Assembly (NCBI GenBank): GCA_963741955.1
Contig: CAVUKB010000004.1
Span: 192,001 to 256,000 of the forward strand
Reading direction: 5' to 3'
DNA length: 64,000 nt
Origin: an uncultured Acidobacteriota bacterium
GTDB taxonomy: Bacteria; Acidobacteriota; Thermoanaerobaculia; Gp7-AA8
The stretch's first letter is position 1; every line of letters starts with the position of its first letter. The translations under genes were made by a program, and so were the position numbers. Under the pieces are notes generated by a model. The model worked only from the letters and a program-made list of their open reading frames with translations. It was not told the origin of the DNA and ran no database searches. Positions 9,439 through 17,846 of this stretch are shown piece by piece.

Positions 9439-11208
9439 ATGAATACGACCTCGCGAAGAACGTTCCCCTGGATTCTTGCCGGGATCTACCTCGGGGTTTC
9501 GGCGGTCTGGATCATCGCATCGGATTCGGTTCTCCACGCGATGGTCGGAAACGCCGCCGAGGTCCAGCACTGGCAGACCGCGAAAGGACTCTTCTTCATC
9601 GCGGGGACGACCGCGATGCTGTTTGCGATCGTGCGTCGATACGACGAGAGTCTCGAGGCGCGTTCGCGCGAGCTTCGCGGGTCACGGGAGCAGTTCCGGA
9701 GTCTCTTCGACACGGCGATGGACGCGATCATCACCATCGACGAAAACCAGAACGTGGTGATGGCGAACGAGGCGGCCCGGGAGATGTTTCGCTGCGGGGA
9801 CGAGGATCTGGCCGGGAAGTCGATCGATCTCCTCATCCCGACCGCGGCAAGAGAGCGGCATCGGGCGATGGTCACCGAGTTCGGAGAGTCGGGGCGGACC
9901 GATCGGTCGCTCCGACACAAGCCGGTTCTGACCGGACGCCGCCTTGACGGAACCGAGTTCCCGATGGAAGCGAGCATCTCCCGCTATACCGTCGAGGGAA
10001 ACATCTATTTCACCGCGATCGTGCGGGACGTCGCGGATCGGGTGATACGGGACGAGGAACGTCGCCGGCTCCTCGAGCGGACCGAGCTGCTGATGGATTC
10101 GACGAGCGACGGGTTCGTCCTGGTGGACGAAGATGGGCGGCTCCTTCTCCTGAATCGGAGCGGTGAGGCGATGCTGGGAAGTGCCGCCGAGGAGCTGATC
10201 GGAACGAACATCCGCGACGCGGTGCGCTCCGTCGAGTCGCAGGACGACCATGACAAGGCGCTCTCGGTCGTCTTCGCCGGGATCCCGATCGAGCACCGGA
10301 AGCTGGAGCTGACCCGGCGCGACGGGACGACGCTTCCGATCGAGCTCTCGGCCACGCCTCTGAAGCAGGACGGTGAGATGCGCGGAGCGGCCGTCTCGAT
10401 GCGGGATCTGACGCTGGTGCACCAGCTGGAGAGCCGGCTGGAAGAAGTGCGGCGCGTGGAGAGTCTCGGAAAACTCACCGCGGTCGTGAGCCACGAGATG
10501 AAGAACATCCTGATGAGCATTCAGGCGTTCCTCGATGTGATCCGACGCGTGGATGGGATGGGAGAGAAGGTACACACCGCGATCAGCGGAATCTCGCGCG
10601 CGATCGAGCGTGGAAGGACCATTACCAGCGAGGTTCTACGTTTCTCGAAGGCGCAGTCGCCGGATCCGGAAGTGATCGACGCAGCTCGTTTTCTCTCCAC
10701 GATCGAGCCCGGGCTTCGGAGTCTCCTCACGCCGAAGGTCGAGCTGGTGATGGACATCGCCACGGAGAGAGTGGGACGGTTCAGCGCGGATACCGGTCAG
10801 CTCGAACAGGTCTTCGTGAACCTGGTGGCGAACGCGCGGGATGCGATGCCCCAGGGGGGGCGTCTGAAGATCACCGCCGACGTACCACGGACCGAGATCC
10901 CGGGCCTCGGCGGACGCCACGGGATCGAACGCTACATCCATTTCGCGGTCTCGGACACGGGGATCGGGATGTCCGCCGAAGTGCGGGATCACGCGCTCGA
11001 GCCGATGTTCACCACCAAGCGCGCAGGGACCGGCCTGGGACTGGCGGTCGCGCAGCGCATCGTCAGCTCACACGGTGGTTCCCTCCTGATCGACAGCCGT
11101 CTCGGGATCGGGACCACCATCCACATTCTTCTTCCGCGGGAAGTAGAGCCGAACCGCGGCGCCTGGATGCAGCAGGGACCGGATCTCGAGTCGTCGGCGC
11201 CCTGCTGA
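9439..11208 (+). CDS. Membrane PAS-PAS sensor histidine kinase
   Basis: Two N-terminal TMs, two PAS domains, H-box SHEMKN, N-box NLVANARDAM, DTGIG, FTTK, GTGLGL. Confidence 0.92.
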   Translation: MNTTSRRTFPWILAGIYLGVSAVWIIASDSVLHAMVGNAAEVQHWQTAKGLFFIAGTTAMLFAIVRRYDESLEARSRELRGSREQFRSLFDTAMDAIITIDENQNVVMANEAAREMFRCGDEDLAGKSIDLLIPTAARERHRAMVTEFGESGRTDRSLRHKPVLTGRRLDGTEFPMEASISRYTVEGNIYFTAIVRDVADRVIRDEERRRLLERTELLMDSTSDGFVLVDEDGRLLLLNRSGEAMLGSAAEELIGTNIRDAVRSVESQDDHDKALSVVFAGIPIEHRKLELTRRDGTTLPIELSATPLKQDGEMRGAAVSMRDLTLVHQLESRLEEVRRVESLGKLTAVVSHEMKNILMSIQAFLDVIRRVDGMGEKVHTAISGISRAIERGRTITSEVLRFSKAQSPDPEVIDAARFLSTIEPGLRSLLTPKVELVMDIATERVGRFSADTGQLEQVFVNLVANARDAMPQGGRLKITADVPRTEIPGLGGRHGIERYIHFAVSDTGIGMSAEVRDHALEPMFTTKRAGTGLGLAVAQRIVSSHGGSLLIDSRLGIGTTIHILLPREVEPNRGAWMQQGPDLESSAPC

Positions 11209-11248
11209 TCCGCTTTCGCAGTAGGACGGTTTCTACCGCGCAGACTCC
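11204..11248 (-). mobile_element. Solo arm (45 bp) of the MITE-like element at 43048
   Basis: Reverse complement of 43048-43092 with one mismatch. Confidence 0.7.
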
Positions 11249-11358
11249 GAGGAGCGGCCCCATGTGACGGTGGATTCACGCCGGAATGTGACGTTCGTCA
11301 CCGGGGCAGCTGGCCCTTCGCACAGGCGCGATGGGACCTCTCTGTTACAACTTCCATC

Positions 11359-11910
11359 GTGAATAACCTGCAGGAGTCCGTGCTGCGTCTGTGGCCGGAG
11401 ATCGAGTGGATCAGTGAGTCCGATCTCCGGGAGAAAGTGCTGCGAACGTGGGTTCGCGCATTCGAGCTGAGCCCCCTCGAGCCGTCCGATCTCGAGCGGA
11501 TTCCCTTCACTCTTCTCGTGCCGGATTGCCCGGTGACGTTCATGGAGCACAAGAGGTGCGTGGTCCACATCGCACGCCGGGCCGCCGAGTCGATGCAGGA
11601 GTTCATGGGAAACAGCCTGCCGATCGACCTCGACGTGGTGATTGCGGGCGCGATTCTCGCCGATGTCGGGAAGGTGCTGGAGTACGAGATGAAGGACGGG
11701 AAATCACGGCAGAGCGAGCGCGGACGGCTCCTCCGTCACCCGTTCACCGGCGTGGCCGTCGCGATGGAGTGCGGGGTTCCCGACCGGGTCTGTCACATCA
11801 TCGCTGCGCATGCCGACGAAGGGAATCTTGTCAAGCGCTCGACGGAAGCGATCATCGTGCATCACGCCGACTTCATGAGTTATCTCCCGTTCAAGAACCT
11901 CGTTCACTGA
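11359..11910 (+). CDS. HD-superfamily (HDIG-like) protein with degenerate HD motif
   Basis: EH..V, GAILADVGK (AD in place of HD), RHPFTG, IIAAH, HHAD. Confidence 0.8.
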   Translation: MNNLQESVLRLWPEIEWISESDLREKVLRTWVRAFELSPLEPSDLERIPFTLLVPDCPVTFMEHKRCVVHIARRAAESMQEFMGNSLPIDLDVVIAGAILADVGKVLEYEMKDGKSRQSERGRLLRHPFTGVAVAMECGVPDRVCHIIAAHADEGNLVKRSTEAIIVHHADFMSYLPFKNLVH

Positions 11911-11923
11911 GAGGACCCAGGTC

Positions 11924-13315
11924 ATGTCAACCGTCATGGATCGAGTCACCGCAACGATGTCGCAGTGGGCCGCCGGGGTCGAATACGACGACCTTTCGCC
12001 CGAAGCAGTCCAGCAGGCGAAACGTTTCCTGTTCGATTCGCTCGGCTGTGCGATGGGAGGCTATCAGCAGCACGACGTGCGGATCATGCTCGAGGTGATC
12101 GAGGAGACTGCGGGCGCGGGACGCTCGACTCTCTTCGGCACCGGCCGGCGGATCGATGCGTCCTCCGCCGCGCTGGCGAACTCCCTGATGGTCCGGGTGA
12201 TGGACTACAACGACATCTACTGGCAGCAGGACCCGTCGCATCCTTCGGACCTGATCCCTGCCGCCGTGGCCTGTGCCGAGCGCTCGGGGGCGAACGGACG
12301 TGAGCTGCTGGTCGGCATCGCCATCGCCTACGAGATGGAGATGCGTCTGTGCGAAGCGGCGTTCCCCGGAATTCGAGAGCGCGGATGGCATCATGCGACG
12401 CTCACCGCCTTCGCGTCGCCCGTGGTCGCCGGCCGGATGCTTCGTCTCACACCTGCGCAGATCCAGCATGCGATCGGAATCTCCGGCAGCCGGCACGCGA
12501 CGCTCGGAGCCGTCACGGCGGGCAAGCTGACCATGATGAAGAACACCGTCGATCCGATGGCGACGCAGAGCGGGGTCTTCGCCGCGCTCCTCGCGGAGAA
12601 GGGTTACACCGGGCCGGAGCACGTGATCGACGGGAAGGAAGGATTGGCAGAAGTCTTCGGTCCCGAATGGAAGCTCGGCGTTCTCACCGAAGGTCTCGGC
12701 GCATCATGGCGGATCACCCGCTGCGGGATGAAGGCTTTCCCCACCGAGGCGCTGACGCACGCTCCGATCTCCGCGGTGCTGGACATCGTCCGGGATCATG
12801 ACCTGACCCCCGAAAAGGTGGTGAAGGTGGAGATCCGCTCGCTGGAGCGCGCTGCCGACATCCTCGCGGACCCTTCCAAGTACGAACCGCATTCGAAGGA
12901 GACCGCGGACCATTCGCTCCCGTACGTGATCGCGGCGGCGATCGTCGACCGGCAGGTGACCCCGCGCCAGTTCACGAACGAACGGATCGAAGATCCGCAG
13001 GTCCGGGCTCAGTTGAAGAAGGTGGTGGTGGTCGCCGATCCGGAGATCGAAGCGGTCTTCCCCGCGCTGCAGCGAGTCATCGTCCGGGTGACCACGAGCG
13101 ACGGATCGGTGATCGAGCGGCAGCTCGACTATCCGAAGGGTGATCCGCGTAATCCGCTCACCGATGCCGAGATCGAGGAGAAGTTCGACGCGCTGGCGGA
13201 CGGGGTCCTCTCTCCGATGCGATCGGCGGAGCTGAAGAGCGCGATCCGCAATCTCGAGAATCTCGGCTCGGTATGCGAGTTGACCGGAAATCTGGTTTCA
13301 GAACCGAGGGACTGA
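11924..13315 (+). CDS. prpD: MmgE/PrpD family (2-methylcitrate dehydratase-like)
   Basis: DSLGCA, MDYND, SHPSD, GWHHAT, ETADHSLPY, YPKGDPRNP. Confidence 0.88.
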   Translation: MSTVMDRVTATMSQWAAGVEYDDLSPEAVQQAKRFLFDSLGCAMGGYQQHDVRIMLEVIEETAGAGRSTLFGTGRRIDASSAALANSLMVRVMDYNDIYWQQDPSHPSDLIPAAVACAERSGANGRELLVGIAIAYEMEMRLCEAAFPGIRERGWHHATLTAFASPVVAGRMLRLTPAQIQHAIGISGSRHATLGAVTAGKLTMMKNTVDPMATQSGVFAALLAEKGYTGPEHVIDGKEGLAEVFGPEWKLGVLTEGLGASWRITRCGMKAFPTEALTHAPISAVLDIVRDHDLTPEKVVKVEIRSLERAADILADPSKYEPHSKETADHSLPYVIAAAIVDRQVTPRQFTNERIEDPQVRAQLKKVVVVADPEIEAVFPALQRVIVRVTTSDGSVIERQLDYPKGDPRNPLTDAEIEEKFDALADGVLSPMRSAELKSAIRNLENLGSVCELTGNLVSEPRD

Positions 13316-15261
13316 TGGGACAGACAGTCGTCGAAAAGATCGCGCAGTCGCATCTCGCCGAGGGGCCTGATCGTCCGCTTCGCGCGGGCGATTTCGTTTC
13401 CATCCGACCCCGTCACATCCTCACTCACGACAATACCGCCGCAGTGATGAAGAAGTTCAGGACCCTCGGCGTCGACCGGGTCCACGACCCGCGGCAGCCG
13501 GTCTTCGCTCTCGATCACGACATCCAGAACACCTCGGAGGAGAACCTCTCCAAGTACCGTGCGATCGAGACGTTCGCGCGCGAGCAGGGGATCGATTTCT
13601 ACCCGGCAGGCACCGGGATCGGACATCAGATCGTGATCGAGCGGGGCTACGCCGTCCCCGGCTCGTTCGTCGTCGCGTCCGACTCGCACTCGAACATGTA
13701 CGGCGCGCTCGGCGCAGTCGGGACTCCGGTGGTGAGGACCGACGCCGCGGCGGTGTGGGCGACCGGAAGCTTCTGGTGGCAGATACCGCGGACTGTGCAG
13801 GTGGTACTGGACGGAAAGCTCGCCGAAGGAGTGACCGGGAAGGACGTGATCATCGCCCTCTGCGGTCTGATCGGCGATGAGGTTCTGAACGCAGCGATCG
13901 AGTTCACCGGACAAGGCGTGCAGTCGCTGACCGTCGAGGAGCGTCTGACCATCGCCAACATGAGCACCGAATGGGGCGTTCTGGTGGCGTGGTTTCCGCC
14001 GAGCGGGATGACGTTTCAGTTTCTGCGGCGCCAGCACGAACGGCTGGTGGAGGAGCAGACACGGGTCGCCTTTGCCGAAGACGATCTGCGACGATGGGAG
14101 GCGGATCCGATCGCACCCGATCCGGACGCGGTGTACGCAGCGCGCCTGGAGCTCGATCTTTCGACGGTGGTCAGGACGGTCGCAGGGCCGGACACGGTTC
14201 AGCTCACGCATTCTCTCGCCACGATCGCTCCGAAGCGGGTGAAGATCGACAAGGCGTATCTCCTCTCCTGCGTCAACTCGCGCCTGGAGGACCTGACCGC
14301 AGCGGCAGAGGTGCTTCGCGGAAAGAAGATCGCTGCCGGAGTGAAGTTCTACGTGGCGGCAGCGAGCCGTCAGGTTCAGCAGGAGGCGGAACGGACCGGA
14401 GTCTGGAACGTTCTGGTGGAGTCGGGAGCGACGCTCCTCCCTCCGTCGTGCGGACCGTGCATCGGGCTGGGAACGGGACTCCTCGAAGCGGGAGAGGTCG
14501 GGATCTCGGCGACGAACCGTAACTTCAAGGGGCGGATGGGATCCCGCGATGCGGCCTGCTATCTCGCCAGTCCGGCGGTGGTCGCGGCATCGGCGCTGGA
14601 GGGAGTGATCACCGCGCCGGGGACCGGATCCGGTGAAACGCGAGTCCGCTTCACCGTGCTGGAGATGCCGGCCGCCGCGCCCGAACTGGTCGACATCGTG
14701 CCGGGCTTTCCCGCCGAGGTTCGCGGGCGGATGCTCTTTCTGCCGTCCGACAATCTGAACACCGACGGCATCTACGGGAAAGACTACACTTACCGTGACG
14801 ACGTCACGCGCGAAGAGATGGCGCGTGTGGTGATGCAGAACTACGACCCGGAGTTCGCGCTTCGGGCTGGAGAAGGTGACGTGATCGTTGCCGGAGCGAA
14901 CTTCGGCACCGGATCGAGCCGCGAGCAGGCGGTCACTGCGCTGCAGGCGCGGGGGATCCGGATGGTGATCGCCACGAGCTTCTCTCAGACCTACCTGCGC
15001 AACGCATTCAACAACGGCTTCCTCTGTGTCGAATGTCCCGAGCTGGTGGCGGCGGCAAAACGCGATCTAACCGGATCGGTGACCGGTGCGAAGACGGTGA
15101 TCTCCGGAGACGTACTGGACATCGACTTCAGAAGCGGGTCGATCCGGTGGAGGGGCCAGGTCTTTCATTTTCAGGCTCTCGGTTCGGTTCCGCAATCACT
15201 GGTCGCGGCGGGTGGGATCGAGAACCTGGTGCGCAGCCGTTTCGCGGCGGCTGCGGTTTGA
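13315..15261 (+). CDS. Single-chain homoaconitase/aconitase-family hydratase, fungal Lys4/LysF-like
   Basis: THDN, LDHDIQN, GIGHQ, ASDSHSNMYG, [4Fe-4S] ligands SCVNSR and SCGPCIG, fused swivel domain NFGTGSSREQA; TGATG coupling to prpD. Confidence 0.88.
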   Translation: MGQTVVEKIAQSHLAEGPDRPLRAGDFVSIRPRHILTHDNTAAVMKKFRTLGVDRVHDPRQPVFALDHDIQNTSEENLSKYRAIETFAREQGIDFYPAGTGIGHQIVIERGYAVPGSFVVASDSHSNMYGALGAVGTPVVRTDAAAVWATGSFWWQIPRTVQVVLDGKLAEGVTGKDVIIALCGLIGDEVLNAAIEFTGQGVQSLTVEERLTIANMSTEWGVLVAWFPPSGMTFQFLRRQHERLVEEQTRVAFAEDDLRRWEADPIAPDPDAVYAARLELDLSTVVRTVAGPDTVQLTHSLATIAPKRVKIDKAYLLSCVNSRLEDLTAAAEVLRGKKIAAGVKFYVAAASRQVQQEAERTGVWNVLVESGATLLPPSCGPCIGLGTGLLEAGEVGISATNRNFKGRMGSRDAACYLASPAVVAASALEGVITAPGTGSGETRVRFTVLEMPAAAPELVDIVPGFPAEVRGRMLFLPSDNLNTDGIYGKDYTYRDDVTREEMARVVMQNYDPEFALRAGEGDVIVAGANFGTGSSREQAVTALQARGIRMVIATSFSQTYLRNAFNNGFLCVECPELVAAAKRDLTGSVTGAKTVISGDVLDIDFRSGSIRWRGQVFHFQALGSVPQSLVAAGGIENLVRSRFAAAAV

Positions 15262-15383
15262 GGAAGTGCTGCCTCCGGAACCGGAGGGATGGCTGAAAGA
15301 AAGTCGCAGAGGAGTCGAGCGGCGACAAGGCATGACGACGGCTGGACCGCCAGCCGGATGCCGCGCTCCCGGAAGGAGAAGAG

Positions 15384-16592
15384 ATGGCGCGCTACGAAGT
15401 TGTGACGATGCCCGGAGACGGGATTGGGAAGGTGGTTCTGCCGGAAGCGATCCGGGTCCTGGAGAGCGTCGGATTCGACGCGAAGTACATTCACGGGGAC
15501 ATCGGATGGGATTTCTGGTGCTCCGAAGGAAACGCGCTTCCGGACCGCACCATCGCCCTCCTCGAAAAGTACAGGCTGGGACTGTTCGGCGCGATCACTT
15601 CGAAGCCGAAGAAGGAAGCTGATGCCGAGCTCGATCCGTCGCTGAAGGGGAAGGGATACGTCTACTACAGCCCGATCGTGACCATGCGGCAGCGCTTCAA
15701 CCTCGATCTCTGCGTGCGCCCCTGCCGTTCGTTTCCCGGCAATCCATTGAACTTCGTCCGCAAGTCTCCCACCGGGAAAGTGGAGGAGCCGAAGGTCGAT
15801 GCGGTGATCTTCCGGCAGAACACCGAAGGAAGCTACACCGGAGTGGAGTGGACGAATCCTCCCGCTCAGGTGCGTGATGCTCTCGCGACGCACGCGCGGT
15901 TCCGCGCATTCGACGCGGTCCCGGGTGAAGATCTCGCGGTCTCGACCCGGATCGTCACCCGCGGGGCAGTGCAGCGGATCATCCGCGCCGCGTTCGAGTA
16001 CGCGAAGAAGTTCGGCTACCGGTCCGTCACGGTTGCCGAAAAGCCGAACGTCCTTCGCGAGACCTCCGGGATGTTCGAAGAGGAAGCGAAGAAGATCAAG
16101 GCGGAGTTCCCCGGGGTCCAGCTCTGGTCGACGAACATCGACGCGCTGATGATGTGGTTGACGAAGAACCCGGAAGAGTACGGAGTGATCGTGGCGGAGA
16201 ACCTGTTCGGCGACATCATCTCCGATGCGTTCGCCGGCCTGGTCGGAGGGCTCGGTTTCGCCTGTTCCGGAAACGTCGGCGACGAGGTGGCGGTATTCGA
16301 GCCGACCCACGGCTCCGCGCCGAAGTACGAGAAGCTCGATCCTCCGATCGTCAACCCGATCGCGATGATTCTCTCTGCGGCCATGCTTCTCGATCACGTC
16401 GGAGAGACCGAGAAGGGCGACGCGGTGCGCGCAGCGGTGGCGGCCGTCGTCGCGGAGGGGAAAGTCCGCACCTACGACATGATGAGAATCGCCGGCGGTG
16501 CCGACGTCTTCTCGAAAGGCGCCGCGACGACCTCGCAGGTGACCGACGCGATCATCGCGAAGATCGGAAGCAACGTGATGTCGCCGGCGTGA
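15384..16592 (+). CDS. Isocitrate/homoisocitrate/isopropylmalate dehydrogenase family
   Basis: PGDGIG, SPIVTMRQ, FRQNTEGSY, KPNV, NLFGDIISD, EPTHGSAPKY. Confidence 0.9.
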   Translation: MARYEVVTMPGDGIGKVVLPEAIRVLESVGFDAKYIHGDIGWDFWCSEGNALPDRTIALLEKYRLGLFGAITSKPKKEADAELDPSLKGKGYVYYSPIVTMRQRFNLDLCVRPCRSFPGNPLNFVRKSPTGKVEEPKVDAVIFRQNTEGSYTGVEWTNPPAQVRDALATHARFRAFDAVPGEDLAVSTRIVTRGAVQRIIRAAFEYAKKFGYRSVTVAEKPNVLRETSGMFEEEAKKIKAEFPGVQLWSTNIDALMMWLTKNPEEYGVIVAENLFGDIISDAFAGLVGGLGFACSGNVGDEVAVFEPTHGSAPKYEKLDPPIVNPIAMILSAAMLLDHVGETEKGDAVRAAVAAVVAEGKVRTYDMMRIAGGADVFSKGAATTSQVTDAIIAKIGSNVMSPA

Positions 16593-16613
16593 GCCGCGCG
16601 ACGGGAGGACGAG

Positions 16614-17846
16614 ATGACGGAACCAGTCGCAGACGTCCGGTACGGTGAGGCCGGGCGCACCGGGGACGACATACGATCCGATCTGCTGGTGCGGATCGAG
16701 CCGCGAACCGGCGGGGGGATCGAGATCGAGCTGGCCTCGAAGGTCGGTGCCTACTACGGCGAAGCGATCCAGCGACAGTGCCGCGAAGTGCTGCGTGATC
16801 TCGGAGTCACCGATGCAGTCCTCCGCATCGACGACCGCGGTGCGCTGCCGTTCGTCATCGCGGCACGGGTGGAGGCGGCGGCGCGCCGCGCCCTCCTCTC
16901 GGACCTCCGCTCGCTTCCGGTTCGAATCGGCATCTCACCCCCTTCGAAGAGCGACCGGCTCCGGCGCTCGCGGCTCTATCTGCCGGGCAATGAGCCGAAG
17001 TACTTCGTCAGTGCTGCGTTGCACGGACCGGACGCCGTGATTCTCGACCTCGAGGATTCGGTCCACCCCAACGAAAAAGATGCGGCGCGAATCGTGGTGC
17101 GCAACGCCCTCCGGGCGGTCGACTTCGGAAGCTGCGAGCGGATGGTGCGCATCAACCCCTTCCCACTCGGGCTCGAGGATCTGGACGAAGTGATTCCGGA
17201 GATGCCCGACGTGATCCTGATCCCGAAGGTGGAGCGGGCGGACGAAGTGATCGAGATCGAAAGGCGGATCGACGAGATTCTCCTCGCCCGCGACCTCGAC
17301 CGGCCGATCTGGCTGATGCCGATCCTCGAATCGGCCCGAGGGATCGAGAACGCATACGAGATCGCCTCGGCGACCTCTCGCGTGGTGGCGCTCACCATCG
17401 GCCTCGAAGACTACACGGCGGACCTCGGCGTCCCGAAGACGAAAGAAGGTCGCGAGTCGGAGTACGCGCGGATGCGGCTGGTCAACGCAGCGCGGGCGGC
17501 CGGAATCCAGGCGATCGACTCGGTGTGGGGTGACGTCGGCGATACGGAAGGGCTGCGCGAATGGGCGCTTCGCTCGCGCGCTCTCGGTTTCACCGGAATG
17601 GGATGTGTGCATCCGCTGCAGGTGGAAGTGATCCACGAGGCGTTTGCACCGACTGCCGAAGAGATCGCGAAGGCAGAGAGAATCGTGAAGGCGTTCCGGG
17701 AGGCGCAGAGGAGGGGACTCGGAGTGGTGAGTCTCGGTTCGAAGATGATCGATCCACCGGTGGTGCTACGGGCGGTGAGACTGGTCGAGCAGGCCTCCGC
17801 GATGGGATTGATCTCCGAGCAGGCAGTGGAAGAGGGTCAGGTATGA
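16614..17846 (+). CDS. citE: Fused citrate lyase ACP (CitD) and citryl-CoA/ACP lyase (CitE)
   Basis: N-terminal ~95 aa CitD-like (IELASKV..YG, IDDRGALPFVIAARV); C-terminal RRSRLYLPG, LDLEDSV, ILES, GLEDY. Confidence 0.88.
   Translation: MTEPVADVRYGEAGRTGDDIRSDLLVRIEPRTGGGIEIELASKVGAYYGEAIQRQCREVLRDLGVTDAVLRIDDRGALPFVIAARVEAAARRALLSDLRSLPVRIGISPPSKSDRLRRSRLYLPGNEPKYFVSAALHGPDAVILDLEDSVHPNEKDAARIVVRNALRAVDFGSCERMVRINPFPLGLEDLDEVIPEMPDVILIPKVERADEVIEIERRIDEILLARDLDRPIWLMPILESARGIENAYEIASATSRVVALTIGLEDYTADLGVPKTKEGRESEYARMRLVNAARAAGIQAIDSVWGDVGDTEGLREWALRSRALGFTGMGCVHPLQVEVIHEAFAPTAEEIAKAERIVKAFREAQRRGLGVVSLGSKMIDPPVVLRAVRLVEQASAMGLISEQAVEEGQV

Noticed and set aside
7934-9442. Many overlapping ORFs across the repeat arrays (also 29265-30265)
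   Set aside because: Translations of GC-rich repeats that change frame between units, with no RBS or protein-like composition
11924-16592. Standard methylcitrate cycle, leucine or LysW-lysine operon
   Set aside because: prpB/prpC, leuA and lysWXYZ are absent from the cluster
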